Shown one piece after another: positions 10,728 to 21,823 of a DNA stretch of 64,000 bases; position 1 is the stretch's first letter; each line of letters opens with the position of its first letter. The notes beneath the pieces were generated by a model. The model saw only the letters and a program-made list of their open reading frames with translations, was not told the origin of the DNA and searched no databases. The stretch covers positions 489,508 through 553,507 of the forward strand of contig CAVXIN010000003.1 in the NCBI GenBank assembly GCA_963761885.1, in the 5' to 3' direction. The DNA is from an uncultured Gemmatimonadales bacterium. Lineage in GTDB: Bacteria; Gemmatimonadota; Gemmatimonadetes; Gemmatimonadales; GWC2-71-9. The position numbers and the translations under genes are program-made.

Positions 10728-11422
10728 GTGATCCGCTTCTCCCACGTCTACAAGTCGTATCCCAACGGCGCCCTCGCCCTGAAGGACGTCACCTTCCGGG
10801 TGGCCAAGGGCGAGTTCGTCTTTCTCACCGGCCACTCCGGCGCCGGCAAGTCCACCATCATGAAGCTGCTGTTCGCCGAGCAGCAGCCCACGGCGGGCGA
10901 GGTGCGGGTCTCCGGCTACAACGTCAGCGAGCTCCGGGCGGACGAGGTGCCCAAGCTGCGCCGCCGCCTGGGCATCGTGTTCCAGGACTTCCGCCTGCTG
11001 GAGGACCGCACCGCCGCGGAGAACATCGCGTTCGCCCTCGAGGTGACCGGCGCCCGGCGCGACACCATCGCCGCCCGGGTGATGCGGGTGCTCACCCAGG
11101 TCGGCCTCGCGGCCAAGAGCCGGGCCTATCCCCGCGAGCTCTCGGGCGGGGAGCAGCAGCGGGTCGCGATCGCGCGGGCGCTGGTGAACGATCCCGCCAT
11201 CCTGGTCGCCGACGAGCCGACCGGCAACCTCGACGAGCGCGCCACCCGCGGCGTGTTCCAGCTCCTGCGCGACATCAACGCCGGGCGGCACCGTCGTCGT
11301 CATGGCCACGCACGACCTCGACCTGGTCCGGCAGGCGCCCTACCGCACCATCGAGCTGCGCGAGGGCTCGGTGGTGTACGACACCGCGGTGGACGAGGCG
11401 GACGAGACGGAGGTGCTCGTGA
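10728..11422 (+). CDS. ftsE: Cell-division ABC ATPase FtsE, frame break near 11283; 3' end uncertain
   Basis: [60 protein letters not shown], then ATHDLDLV in the next frame. The end is assumed at a GTGA overlap with ftsX. Confidence 0.82.
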
Positions 11423-12292
11423 GGCTGCTGACCCGCGAGGCGCTGCTCTCGTTCCGCCGCGCGCCCGCTGCTGTCCGCGCTCTCCATCACCACCATCGCC
11501 TTCTCGCTCTTCACCCTCGGCCTCTTCGGCCTGGTGGCGATCAACCTGCGGGAGGCGCTGCGCGGGATCGAGGAGCGGGTGGAGATCGTCGCGTTCGTGC
11601 TCCGCGGCACGCCGGCGGAGACGATCACGCTCGCCACCGAGGACATCGCCGCCTTCCCCGAGGTTCAGGACGTGACCTTCGTCACCGAGGAGCAGGCGCT
11701 CGCCCGCGCCCGCACCGAGCTGGTGGAGTTCCGGGACGCCTACCGCGACCTCCAGGTGAATCCGCTGCCCGCGTCCATCGAGGTCCGGATGCAGCGAGGG
11801 CTACCGCGAGAGCGCCAGCGTGGCAGCGGGTGGCCGAGCGGCTGCGCGGCTTCGGCTTCGTGGACGACGTCCGCTACGGCCGCGACTGGGTGCAGCGGCT
11901 GGACCAGCTCCGCAACGTCACCGGCCTGGTCGGCCTGGTGATCGGGCTCGCCTTCGCGGCCGTCGCGGTGGTCATCATCGGCGTCACCATCCGGCTCACC
12001 ATTCTCCAGCGCGCGCGCGAGATCACCATCATGCGCCTGGTGGGCGCGACCAACTGGTTCATCCGGGGCCCCTTCCTGCTCGAGGGCGCGCTCAAGGGCC
12101 TGCTCGGCGGCTTCCTCTCGCTGGCTGCTCTGCTACGCCGGCTACCTCCTCTTCCGCGATACCACGGGCGGTCCCTTCGCCGGCCTCATCTTCTTCCGCC
12201 CCGAGCACATGGTGCTCATCATCGTGTTCGGCGTCCTGATCGGGCTGGGCGGCAGCCTGGTGAGCGTGGGCAGGCACCTGCGGAATGTGTGA
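11419..12292 (+). CDS. ftsX: Cell-division permease-like FtsX, several frame breaks
   Basis: Pieces: [16 protein letters not shown] / ITTIAFSLFTLGLFGLVAINLREAL..EVQDVTFVTEEQAL / ..FVDDVRYGRDWVQRLDQL..TIMRLVGATNWFIRGPFLLEG / ..IIVFGVLIGLGGSLVSVGRHLRNV, ending at TGA 12290-12292. Confidence 0.75.
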
Positions 12293-13499
12293 GCGCGGTC
12301 GGCCGGACAGCCTTCGCTGCTGCGTCGCCGCTGCTCGCGCCTCGCTCGCGCGCATGCCGCTCTGCTCGCGCGCAGGACAACGCCGACATGGAGCGAGAGC
12401 CGGCGGCGGCTGGAGGAGATCCGGCGCGAGCGGGACCGGCTGCAGCAGCAGCAGGAGCGGCTCCAGGGCCAGGTGCACGACGTCAACGACGAGCTGCAGC
12501 AACATCGAGCGCCAGCGGGAATCCACCCAGAGGATCGTGGACGAGATCGAGCGGCAGATCGGCGGCCTCTCGGGCCAGCTCGACCGCACCAGCGCCGAGC
12601 TGATCCTGGCCGAGGACAACCTGGCCGAGCGCCGCGCGGTGCTGGAGCGCCGGCTGGTGGACATCTACAAGCGCGGGCCGCTCTACACCTTCCAGGCCCT
12701 GCTCGCGGCCGAGTCGTTCGGCGACCTGCTGAGCCGCTACAAGTACCTCTATCTCACGAGCCGGCAGGATCGCGCCCTGGTGGGCGACGTCGAGAAGCTC
12801 CGCAACCGGGTGGTGGACCAGCGCGACGACCTGCTCGACGTGCGGAAGCAGCTCGACCGGACGCGGGAGGAGCGCGAGGCCGAGTACAGCAAGTACACCG
12901 AGCTCGCCACCACGCGCGCGCGCGCCGGCTGAGCCAGCTCCGGCGCTCGGCGCGCGAGCCACCGAGCGCCGGCTCGACTCGCTGCAGCGGGACGAGTCCC
13001 GGCTCAACAGCGTGCTCGCCGCGCTGGAGCGCGCCCGCCGGGACGAGGCGCGCGGACCCGCGCGGCCGCGGCGCCGCGTGCCCGGGCTCGATCACCACCG
13101 CGGACCTCGGCCAGCTCGACTGGCCGGTCGCAGGGCGCGATCGTCTACCGCTTCGGCCGCGACACCCTGCCGAGCGGCGGGATCATCCGCTGGAACGGGG
13201 TGGGGATCGCGGCGGGACTGGGCACGCCGGTGAAGTCGGTCGAGGCGGGCAAGGTGCGGCTGGTGGGGCAGTTCGGGACCTACGGCCTGACCGTCGTGCT
13301 GGAGCACGGCAACGGCTACTACTCGGTCTACTCCCATCTCCAGGCCGCCGCGGTCCAGCTCGGCGCGACCGTCAGACGAGGGCAGGCGATCGGCAGCGTC
13401 GGTGGCGAGAACTCCGACTACGGCCCTCACCTGCACTTCGAGATTCGAGGCGAGAATCAGGTCGCGCTGGACCCGGCGGAGTGGCTGCGGCGGCGCTGA
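12289..13499 (+). CDS. EnvC-like coiled-coil M23 peptidase (murein hydrolase activator), several frame breaks
   Basis: GTG at 12289 overlaps the ftsX stop. Coiled-coil region (RRLEEIRRERDRLQQQQERLQG..., ORF 12285..12932) and M23 C-terminus (ORF 13200..13499: GTPVKSVEAGKV..GYYSVYSHL..GPHLHFEIR). The ftsEX-envC order is classical. Confidence 0.7.
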
Positions 13500-13523
13500 C
13501 CCGCGGGTAGTGGGAGTGCGGCG

Positions 13524-14832
13524 TCAGTCGGCGACGCCGACGCGCTCGCCGACCTGTGCCTTGCCGCGCGCCAGCGCGGCCTCCACCAGCGCGAACATGT
13601 CGTCCGCCTGGGTGACCGCCGGGTGGGGATAGGTGACGATGCCCGCGCTGAACGACAGGTGCGGCGGTCGCGGCCTCGCGCGACCGGGCGGCGAGCTGGT
13701 CGCGCATCCGGGCCACCGATCGGCGGGCGCCGTCCAGTCCGGTCTCCGGCAGCACGATCGCGAGCTCGCCGCCGGCGTAGCGGGCGACGTAGTCGGGCAG
13801 CCGGAGCTCGCGGCGGAGCCGGTCCACGGTGTCCAGCAGCACCGGCTCGCCCGGATCGGCCGCGCGGGCCCCGAAATCCAGCAGCACCAGGCTGAAGCTG
13901 AGCGAATACCGTCGGGCGCGCTCGAACTCCTCCTGCAGCCGGTGATCGAGCGTCTGGTCCGCCGGGGTGGCGTGCGGGTGGCTCCCGCCGGACGCGCCGT
14001 TCCCATTGGCGCCGGCGAACGACCCGCCGTGGGGATCCAGCGCGTGCGCCGCCGCCTCCGCGAGACTGCCGGCGAACTGGAGCTGCGTCGGACCCAGCTC
14101 GGGGTGTTCGTGGCGATGTTGCAGGAGTAGCACGCCGAGCACCCGGCCGTCGGCGACGGCGGGGAGTGCCACGGGGCCGCCGGGCAGCGTCGTCGTGCGG
14201 CGCGAGCGGATCGCCTCGGTGATGGCGGGGTACTCCAACGGGTCCACGGGGCCGTCTCCGCCGAGTCCGATCGGTCCCGGTCCGACCTCGGCGATGATAC
14301 GCGCGTCGTCGGGGGTGTCGCCGATGGCGACGAAGGAGCAGGCCTGCAGGTCGAAGGCCCGCGCCAGTCGCCGCACCAGTGCCAGCACCACTTCGTCGGG
14401 CCGCAGCGTCATGCGCGCTTCCCCGACCAGACCGTCCAGGGCGCGGCGCACCTCGCCCTCGCGCGCGGTTCGGCGAGGGCATTGGCGGTCGCGAATGCGG
14501 GCGTGCAGGCGGGCGCACAGTTCGGGCAGATGCACCGGCGCCGCCAGCGCGTCGTCGGCACCCAGGGCGAGTGCCGCCGCCGCGGCGTCGGGATCGGGCG
14601 AGTTGACCAGGACCACGACCGGCGGCGAGTCGGGCCCGGTCCCGTCCATGGCGGCGCGAAGCTCCGCCTCGCCCGATCCGGCGAGGGTCACCAGCACCGC
14701 GTCGGCCTCGATCTCCCGGTCGGGCGGCAGCGCTTCGGTGACGAGGAATCCGGCGCGGGTGAGCGCGCGCTCCAGCCCCATGGGCCGGGCCGCGGCGTCA
14801 CCCGCGAGCAGCACGCGGCTGCCGTTCGTCAC
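13524..14832 (-). CDS. Response-regulator receiver - GAF - degenerate GGDEF protein, frame break near 13650
   Basis: Minus ORF 13372..14919 gives REC (RVLLAGD...VVVLVNSPD...GADDALAAP), GAF, and GGDEF-domain sequence with AGGEL at the GG(D/E)EF position. The true C-terminus (HLSFSAGIVTYP...VGVAD) lies in ORF 13524..14006. Start GTG at 14832 is tentative. Confidence 0.65.
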
Positions 14833-14849
14833 GCGATGAGGAAGGTCGA

Positions 14850-15723
14850 ATGCATCAGTCGAAAGCCGCCGATCGGCTCGGCGCCCACGTATCCACGTCG
14901 GGCGGTGTCCAGACGGCATGGGGCCGAGGGAAGGCGATCGGCGCCACGGCGATCCAGGTGTTCACGAAGACCCCCAACCAGTGGCGAGAGCCTGCGCTCA
15001 CGGAAGCAGTCCCGGGAGGCGTTCCGGCGCGAGCGCGACCGGAGCGAGATAGCCAGTATAGTGGCGCATGACTCCTACCTTATCAACCTCGCCTCGCCCG
15101 ATCCGGCGCTGGCCGCCCGCTCCGTGGACTCGTTCACGGCGGAGCTCCGGCGCTGCGACCAGCTCGGCATCGCCGCGATCGTGTCCCATCCCGGCAACTT
15201 CATGGACGAGCGCGAGGCGGGCATCCGCCGCAACGCCGACGCCATCACGCGGTGCCTCCGCGCCGTGCCCGGCGAGGTGATGGTCTGGCTCGAGACCACG
15301 GCGGGCACCGGCACCTCGCTGGGCGCCACTTTCGAGGAGCTCGCCGCGTTGCGCGATGCGATCGCCGAGAGCGAGCGCCATCGCATCGCCTTCTGCGCCG
15401 ACACCTGCCATCTCTTCGCCGCCGGATACGACCTGCGCGGTGACTACGACGGCGTGTGGCGACGGTGGGAGAAGACGATCGGCCTCGAGCATCTCCGCTG
15501 TCTCCACCTCAACGACTCGAAGACCCCGTTCGGCTCCCGCCGCGATCGGCACGAGCTGATCGGGGACGGGTCACTCGGTCCCGAGCCGTTCCGCCGCATC
15601 ATGCGCGACCCGCGCTTCCGCTCGGTGATGAAGGTGATCGAGACGCCCAAGGGCGACGACGAGGTCACCTGCGATCGTCGCATGTTGCGACGGCTTCGCG
15701 CCTACGCGCGCGTGGCTCGTTGA
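14850..15723 (+). CDS. nfo: Endonuclease IV (Nfo), one frame break near 15005
   Basis: N-terminus in ORF 14850..15071 (RLGAHVSTSGG..IQVFTKTPNQWREP). The remainder lies in ORF 14482..15723 (AHDSYLINLASPD..SHPGNF..WLETTAG..CADTCHLFAAGYD..LHLNDSK). Confidence 0.85.
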
Positions 15724-15754
15724 CCGACTTCCCGGAGCGGCTCATCTTCCACCG

Positions 15755-16355
15755 ATGCTGAGACCACTCCTGATTCCGGCCCTGCTCCTGGTGGCCGGCC
15801 CCGGCGCGATGAGCGCCCAGACGGACTACTACGCCCGCGTGGGCGCGATCGGCGCGAGCACGCTCGTGCGCGACGTGCTCGGCAGCGAGATCACCGTGCG
15901 CCAATCCATCGCTCCCATGGTGGCCCTCGGCGCGTCGATGCCGACTCTCACCCGGATATCGCGTCGGTCTCGAAGCCATCCTGGTCTCCGGGGGATTCGA
16001 CGCCGAGCAGGGTGGCGCGAGCACCGATCTCGGCACCATCCGGACCGGATCGGCGCTGCTGGGCTTGGACGGGCCCATCTGGGGCGCCTTCCGCTGGCGA
16101 GTCGGGCTGGGCGGGATCTTCTACTGGCCCTCGGACGACAGCGGGATCTTCCTGCAGGGCGGGCCGGTCCGGTTCCTCGCGGGTGCCGGCGTGGACTGGC
16201 GCCACCAGGTGATGCCGGCGTGGGACGTGATGGTCTCCGCTCGATACGACCTGCACCGCTTTTCCACCGACGAGCTCGAGCGCCGAGGGTTCTCGCAGGC
16301 ACAGGGCGTGAGCCGGGTGTCGCTGTCGCTGGGCCTGGCCCGGGGTATCCGATGA
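15755..16355 (+). CDS. Signal-peptide protein, possibly a small outer-membrane beta-barrel; frame-disrupted
   Basis: MLRPLLIPALLLVAGPGAMSAQ signal. The C-terminal part in ORF 16065..16355 has alternating hydrophobic beta-like pattern (FRWRVGLGGIFYW..VDWRHQV..VMVSARYDLHRF..RVSLSLGLA). No family is recognised. Confidence 0.4.
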
Positions 16356-17018
16356 CCGTCCTGTCGCGCAGCGCACCGCTGAGTGCCGCCGTGCTGACCG
16401 CACTGGCGTGCGGAGACATCGCCGCCCCCGTGCGGAGTGGCCTCTACGAGTGGCGGATCGAGACACCGGCCATTCCCGGCCCGGGCCTCGATACCCTCGC
16501 CTTCCACTGGGATCGCAGCGCCCTCCCGGTTCGTGTCTGGGTGGAGGACGCCAACGATCTCCCCGCGCACGTCACCCGCGCCATCGGTGTCTGGGAGTCG
16601 GCCTTTCTCTATCGCGAGTTCGCGGCGCCAACTGGTGAGCGACTCCACCGGGGCCGATGTGATCGTCCGGACCGGAGCCCCGGGCCCCAAGCTTCGGCTC
16701 CGGCTCCACAGCGCCATGGCTCCCGAGTGCGCGGGCGCCACCGATCTCGACATCGATGTCGCGAGCGCCGAGCTGCGGCTGCCGATCCGAGTCTTTCTGG
16801 ATCCGCGCTCGCTCCCCGATGATCCGGGGATCGCGCCCTGCCTCGCGCTCACCAGTATCCACGAGATGGGCCACGCGCTCGGCATCTTTGCCCATTCCGA
16901 CGATCCCGACGACATCATGTTTGCCGACCCGGAGGTGGAGCTGCCCAGTGACCGCGACCGGCGGACCGCGGAAGCAGCCTACCATACCCCCCCTACCCTT
17001 GAGGCGGTTCGGCCGTAG
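16352..17018 (+). CDS. Predicted lipoprotein zinc metalloprotease (HExxH, matrixin-like), one frame break near 16630
   Basis: ATGA overlap with the upstream gene. Lipobox LTALAC. The C-terminal ORF 16437..17018 contains LTSIHEMGHALGIFAHSDDPDDIMF. Confidence 0.55.
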
Positions 17019-17190
17019 GAGCCCGGGAGGAAGCCGTCCCGAGCACCTAAGGTCAGGCAGGTATTCGGGATACGAGGGGCCATAAGGTGCAGGTTGCACC
17101 GGGCGGGCGCCATGCCGATCTTTCCCGCTCTGCTGGGCGGCCGGGGAGGCCGCCGATTCCCTCTTCCGCGCCGCCGGGCGCACGGGAGTT

Positions 17191-18786
17191 ATGACCGAGA
17201 CGACCTCAGTTCCGCGTGAGAGCCTCACTCTCGTGGAGCACGGGCTGTTCCCCATCCGCATCCACGCCAATCTGACGCCCGCTGCACTGATCGAGCATGC
17301 CGTCTCGCGGGGCGAAGGCGTCCTCACGGATCGCGGGGCCTTCTGCGCCATCACGTCGCCTCACACCGGACGCTCGCCCAAGGACAAGTTCGTCGTCGAG
17401 GAGACGGGCGGCGCCGACAAGATCTGGTGGGAGAAGAACCCCCGGCTCGAGCCGGCCGCGTTCGAGCGGCTTCACGAGGATGTGCGGGGCTACCTGGATG
17501 CCCGCGAGGTGTTCGTGCAGGACCTGTTCGCCGGTGCGGACCCGGCGTACCGCGTGTCGGTGCGCTTCGTGACCCCGAACGCCTGGCACGCGCTCTTCGT
17601 GCGCAACATGTTCCTCCGCGCCGTGCCGGCGGAGCTGGCCCAGTTCCGCGCCGGATTCACCGTGCTCCACGCGCCGGACTTTCAGGCCGACCCTTCGCGC
17701 CACGGCACCCGGAGCGGAACCTTCGTGGTCATCCATTTCGGCAAGAAGCTGGTGCTGATTGGCGGCACCCGGTACGCGGGCGAGATGAAGAAGTCCATCT
17801 TCACGGCGCTCAACTACAGCCTCCCCGCGCAGAGCGTGCTGCCGATGCACTGCTCGGCGAATGTCGGCGACGGTGGCGATACCGCGGTGTTTTTCGGTCT
17901 CTCCGGCACCGGCAAGACCACGCTTTCCGCCGACCCGACGCGTAAGCTGATCGGCGACGACGAGCACGGGTGGAGCGATCGCGGGGTGTTCAACTTCGAA
18001 GGCGGTTGCTACGCCAAGGTCATCCGGCTCCGTCCCGATACCGAGCCCGAGATCCACGCGGCCACGCAGATGTTCGGCACGGTGCTCGAGAACGTCGTGG
18101 TCGAACCGACCAACCGAAATCCGGACTTCGACGCCGACGCCCTCACCGAGAATACCCGCGCCTGTTACCCCATCCATTACATCCCCAATCATCTGCCCAG
18201 CGGCGCCGGCGCCCATCCCAGGAACATCGTCTTCCTGACTGCCGACGCGTTCGGGGTCATGCCGCCCATCGCCCGGCTCACGCCTGACCAGGCCATGTAC
18301 CATTTCCTGTCGGGCTACACGGCCAAGGTCGCGGGCACCGAGCGCGGAGTCACCGAGCCGTCGGCGACGTTCTCCGCCTGCTTCGGCGCGCCGTTCCTGC
18401 CGCTGCCACCGGGGGTGTACGCCAAGATGCTGGGCGAAAAGATCGCCCGGCACGGCGCCAAGGTCTGGCTGGTCAACACCGGGTGGACCGGCGGAGCGTA
18501 CGGCACCGGCTCGCGCATGAAGCTGGCGCACACCCGGACGATGATACGGGCGGCCCTGTCCGGCGCGCTGGATTCCGCGCAGTTCGTTCCCGATCCGGTC
18601 TTCGGATTCGAGGTGCCGGCCTCGGTGCCGGGGGTGCCGGCCGAGCTGCTCACCCCTCGCCGCACCTGGGCCGATGGCGGTGCCTATGACGCTCAGGCAC
18701 GCAAGCTCGCGACTATGTTCCGGGAGAACTTCGAGCAGTTCCGCTCGCAGGTCCCCGAGGCGGTGGGGGCCGCGGGCCCGAGGTAG
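17191..18786 (+). CDS. pckA: ATP-dependent phosphoenolpyruvate carboxykinase
   Basis: Intact 531-aa ORF with the kinase-1a motif [19 protein letters not shown], and a typical PckA N-terminus and C-terminus. Confidence 0.95.
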   Translation: MTETTSVPRESLTLVEHGLFPIRIHANLTPAALIEHAVSRGEGVLTDRGAFCAITSPHTGRSPKDKFVVEETGGADKIWWEKNPRLEPAAFERLHEDVRGYLDAREVFVQDLFAGADPAYRVSVRFVTPNAWHALFVRNMFLRAVPAELAQFRAGFTVLHAPDFQADPSRHGTRSGTFVVIHFGKKLVLIGGTRYAGEMKKSIFTALNYSLPAQSVLPMHCSANVGDGGDTAVFFGLSGTGKTTLSADPTRKLIGDDEHGWSDRGVFNFEGGCYAKVIRLRPDTEPEIHAATQMFGTVLENVVVEPTNRNPDFDADALTENTRACYPIHYIPNHLPSGAGAHPRNIVFLTADAFGVMPPIARLTPDQAMYHFLSGYTAKVAGTERGVTEPSATFSACFGAPFLPLPPGVYAKMLGEKIARHGAKVWLVNTGWTGGAYGTGSRMKLAHTRTMIRAALSGALDSAQFVPDPVFGFEVPASVPGVPAELLTPRRTWADGGAYDAQARKLATMFRENFEQFRSQVPEAVGAAGPR

Positions 18787-18820
18787 CGCCGGAGCGCCGC
18801 GCGAGAGGGGAGACCGGGAC

Positions 18821-20157
18821 GTGCCCAGACGATCGGCGGGAAGTGCTGAGCAGGGGCGGCCCGCTGGTCCGGACGTCCGGTCCTCCGAGATCGAGATCAT
18901 CCGCGATCCGCTCTGGGACAACATCCGGCTCGATCGGGCGGCGCTGCTCGCCCTCGACACGCCCACCGTCCAGCGCCTGCGCTATGTTCGGCAGGTCGGC
19001 CACGCCTTCCTGGTCTACCCCGGCGCCACCCACACCCGATTCGAGCATGCTCTCGGTGCCTATCACCTGACGCGCCGGGCCCTCGCCGCGCTCGATGAGC
19101 GGGGTGAGCTCGGCCAGGTGCGGGAGCAGGACTGCCTCGCCGTGAGGATGGCCGCGCTGCTGCACGACATCGGCCACTACCCCTTCTCCCACGCGCTGGA
19201 GGAGGCGGGCTTCCCCTCCCACGAGAAGCTCGGCATCGCCAAGCTGTCCCGCGGCGAGCTGGGCGACCGCATGGTCGAGATCGGGGGCCCCGATTTCGCC
19301 TCCGCGGTCGGCCGCCTGATCGGCGGGGTGAGCGACAGTCCGCTGCAGGGACTCATCTCCGGCTCGCTCGACCTCGACAAGATCGACTACCTGAGCCGGG
19401 ACGCGCGGATGTGCGGCGTGCCCTACGGCACGGTGGACGTGGACCGCCTCCTGACCTCGCTGACGCTGGTCGAGTCGGAGCCCGGTCGGATCGAGGTCGG
19501 TGTCCAGGAGAAGGGCGTGAGCGCGCTGGAATCGCTGCTGTTCGCCAAGTACCAGATGTACCGGAACGTCTACTGGCACCACGCGGTGCGGTCGGCCACC
19601 TGCATGTTCAAGCGTGCCGTGCGTGGGGCCGTGGCGCGGGGAGACGTGAGCGTCGAGACCATCGCCGACGCCACGGACGACGGCCTCATGGAGCTGCTGA
19701 TCGGCCGGGACCGGAATGGCCTCGCCGCGGCCATCCGCGTCCCGGCGGTTGTACAAACGCGCACTCGACCTGCCGGCCAGCGATGTCCCCGGGCGAGGCC
19801 CAGCCCTGGGTCGCGGACGATCCCGAGCTGCTGGAGCGGGTCGAGGACGCGGTGGCTGCGCGGGTGGGGCTGGACCACGGGGAGCTGCTGCTGGACTTCC
19901 CGGCCAGGTCGTCCATGTTGGGGGTGGATCTTCCGTTGCGCACCCGGGGAGGGACGATCGAGCGTCTCACCGACGCCGGTCGCGCGGGCCAGCTCGGCCT
20001 GCCCAGAGTGGCGGACGAGCTGTATCGCAGTGCACGTCGCCTCCGGGTGTTCGTGGCGCGAGCGCCCGAGCGTCCGCTCGACGGATTGCTGGATCTGTTG
20101 ACCTGGCCGGCCGCCGAGGTGGCGCGCCGGCTCCAGGCCGAGGTCTCACTGGTGTGA
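18821..20157 (+). CDS. HD-domain phosphohydrolase (dGTPase/SAMHD1-like family), two frame breaks near 19735-19790
   Basis: RFEHALGAYHL, LLHDIGHYPFSHALE and DKIDYLSRD in ORF 18674..20101. The C-terminus lies in ORFs 19716.. and 19411..20157. Start GTG at 18821 is tentative. Confidence 0.7.
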
Positions 20158-20161
20158 CCGA

Positions 20162-20654
20162 ATGAAGGAGAGCGCTCCGATGGTCTCGCGTCGTACGTTC
20201 GTGGGTCAGGCCGCAGGGCTGGGGCTCGGCGCTTGCCGGTGGGAAATCGCTGTGGGCGGCCCTGCCGAGCCGCGCCGCCAGTCCCACCATGACCATCTAC
20301 ATGAGTCCCACGTGCGGCTGTTGCGCCAAGTGGGTGGAACACGTGGAGGCCGCCGGCTTCAAGACCGTGGTGCACAAGGACGAGGACATGGACACGGTCA
20401 AGCAGAGCCTCGGCGTGCCTTCCCAGGTGCGGTCCTGCCACACCGCGCAGGTGGACCGGTACCTGATCGAGGGGCACGTGCCGGCCGAGGACATCAAGAA
20501 GCTGGTGGACACCCAGCCCAAGGCCGCCGGCCTCGCCGCGCCCGGCATGCCGGCCAGCTCGCCCGGCATGGCGGTGCCCGGCGACCCGCATGAGCCGTAC
20601 GACGTCGTCCTCTTCCAACGCGACGGAACGTCCGAAGTCTTCGCGCACCGGTAG
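20162..20654 (+). CDS. DUF411 (CopG-like) periplasmic metal-binding protein with Tat-type signal, one frame break near 20230
   Basis: ORF 20162.. gives SRRTFVGQAAGLGLGA (twin-arginine-like signal). ORF 20289..20654 gives the DUF411 core YMSPTCGCCAKWVEH...CHTAQV..YLIEGHVP. Confidence 0.7.
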
Positions 20655-20778
20655 ACCCGACGCGCCGGCGCCGGAATGTGTGCCGGATCACACCGGTACG
20701 CTGCTCCCCCTGTCGCCTCCGAACCTGTTGTCGTATGCTCCGATTCGTGAGCGACGGACGACACATCCTGGAGGATTG

Positions 20779-21237
20779 ATGGCGACACGCGTGGAGAGTC
20801 AACCGAAGGCGAAGGACTCGGGCAAGGCGCTGATTGACGGGTTGAACGAGGATCTGCGCGGTGAGTTTCAGGCGGTGATCATGTACCGCCTCTTCGCCAG
20901 CATGGTGCAGGGTCCCTGGCGGCAGGAGCTGCGGGCATTCTTCGCCAATGAAATTCCGGAGGAGCTGGGCCATGCCCAGATCCTGGCGGACAAGATCTCG
21001 TCGCTCGGCGGAACCCCGGCGAGCGAGCCGTCACCGGTGAAAGTGGTGAAGGACGCGAAGGGGATGCTGGAGACCGCCCTTGAAGCGGAGATCGAGACGA
21101 TCGACCGCTACGTCAAGCGCCGCGAGCAGGCCATCGAGGCGGGAGAGCACGGCCTCGCGGTTCGGTTCGACGACATCATCGCCGACGAGACCAACCACCG
21201 CGACGAGATCCGCCAGATCCTGGCGCGCTGGCCCTAG
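20779..21237 (+). CDS. Ferritin-like (bacterioferritin/Dps-superfamily) protein
   Basis: ATG at 20779 is preceded by GGAGGA. Four-helix di-iron-like pattern (LNEDLRGEFQAVIMY.., EELGHAQ.., LEAEIETIDRY.., ADETNHRDE). Confidence 0.7.
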   Translation: MATRVESQPKAKDSGKALIDGLNEDLRGEFQAVIMYRLFASMVQGPWRQELRAFFANEIPEELGHAQILADKISSLGGTPASEPSPVKVVKDAKGMLETALEAEIETIDRYVKRREQAIEAGEHGLAVRFDDIIADETNHRDEIRQILARWP

Positions 21238-21257
21238 TCGATAGCTGGCACGGCGGC

Positions 21258-21314
21258 GACCCCAGCCCGGACCCGTCACACCGGTGTCCGGGCTGGGGTC
21301 GTGTGCCGGTTTTC
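21258..21314 (+). terminator. Rho-independent terminator after the ferritin-like gene
   Basis: Perfect 15-bp stem GACCCCAGCCCGGAC / GTCCGGGCTGGGGTC (21258-21272 and 21286-21300) with a 13-nt loop, followed by GTGTGCCGGTTTT. Confidence 0.7.
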
Positions 21315-21331
21315 ACCTCGGACCTGAACCC

Positions 21332-21823
21332 ATGCCCGCCAATCCCAACGACTCCACGACCGCACGCATCGAGGCCTGGCGCCCCGAGTACCGGGCGGAG
21401 TTCGAGCGGCTGAACCGGGAGTGGATCGAGCAGTACTTCGTCGTGGAGGAGGAGGACCTGAAGGTCTTTCGCGACCCGGAGGGCACCGTCATCGGTCCGG
21501 GAGGGCAGATCTTCTTCGTTGTGGATGAGGAGGGGGTCCGGGGAACCTGCGCGGTGATCCGGCATGATGCCGAGACCTGGGAGCTCGCCAAGATGGCCGT
21601 GGCCCCGTCGGCGCGCGGGCGGGGCTACGGCGATCGTCTGGTCGAGGCGGCGATAGCATTCGCGCGGGGAACGCCCGCCAAGCGCCTCATGCTGCTGTCC
21701 AACACCCGCCTCGGCCCCGCGCTGGCCCTATACCGCAAGCACGGCTTCCGGGACGTCCCGCTCGACCCCGCCAACGGCTACTCCCGCGCCGACATCCAGC
21801 TCGAGCTGCCGCTCGCCCCCTAG
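21332..21823 (+). CDS. GNAT-family N-acetyltransferase
   Basis: MPANPNDS... with an acetyl-CoA-binding-like motif (MAVAPSARGRGYGDRLVEAA). Intact. Confidence 0.8.
   Translation: MPANPNDSTTARIEAWRPEYRAEFERLNREWIEQYFVVEEEDLKVFRDPEGTVIGPGGQIFFVVDEEGVRGTCAVIRHDAETWELAKMAVAPSARGRGYGDRLVEAAIAFARGTPAKRLMLLSNTRLGPALALYRKHGFRDVPLDPANGYSRADIQLELPLAP

Noticed and set aside
9546-13499. Frame switches considered as programmed ribosomal frameshifts or genuine pseudogenes.
   Set aside because: There are too many, in genes expected to be essential (ftsE, ftsX, holB). Nearly all resolved cases are at G/C runs, they include both insertions and deletions, and no slippery-site or structure pattern is visible. 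Sequencing or assembly error is the economical explanation, though read data are needed.
17206-18966. 586-aa minus-strand ORF antisense to pckA. Similar long antisense or out-of-frame ORFs include 7525..8946, 44637..45890, 55102..57036, 62531..63805, 57088..58296 and 13457..14518.
   Set aside because: They mirror well-supported genes on the other strand or frame. Their translations are Arg/Pro/Gly/Ala-rich low-complexity strings typical of stop-codon-poor high-GC DNA, and they contain no recognisable motifs.
20590-20778. N-terminal extension of the ferritin-like ORF overlapping the DUF411 gene.
   Set aside because: The extension is out-of-frame read-through of the DUF411 3' end and intergenic DNA. 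ATG 20779 has a GGAGGA ribosome-binding site and yields a normal-length ferritin-like domain.
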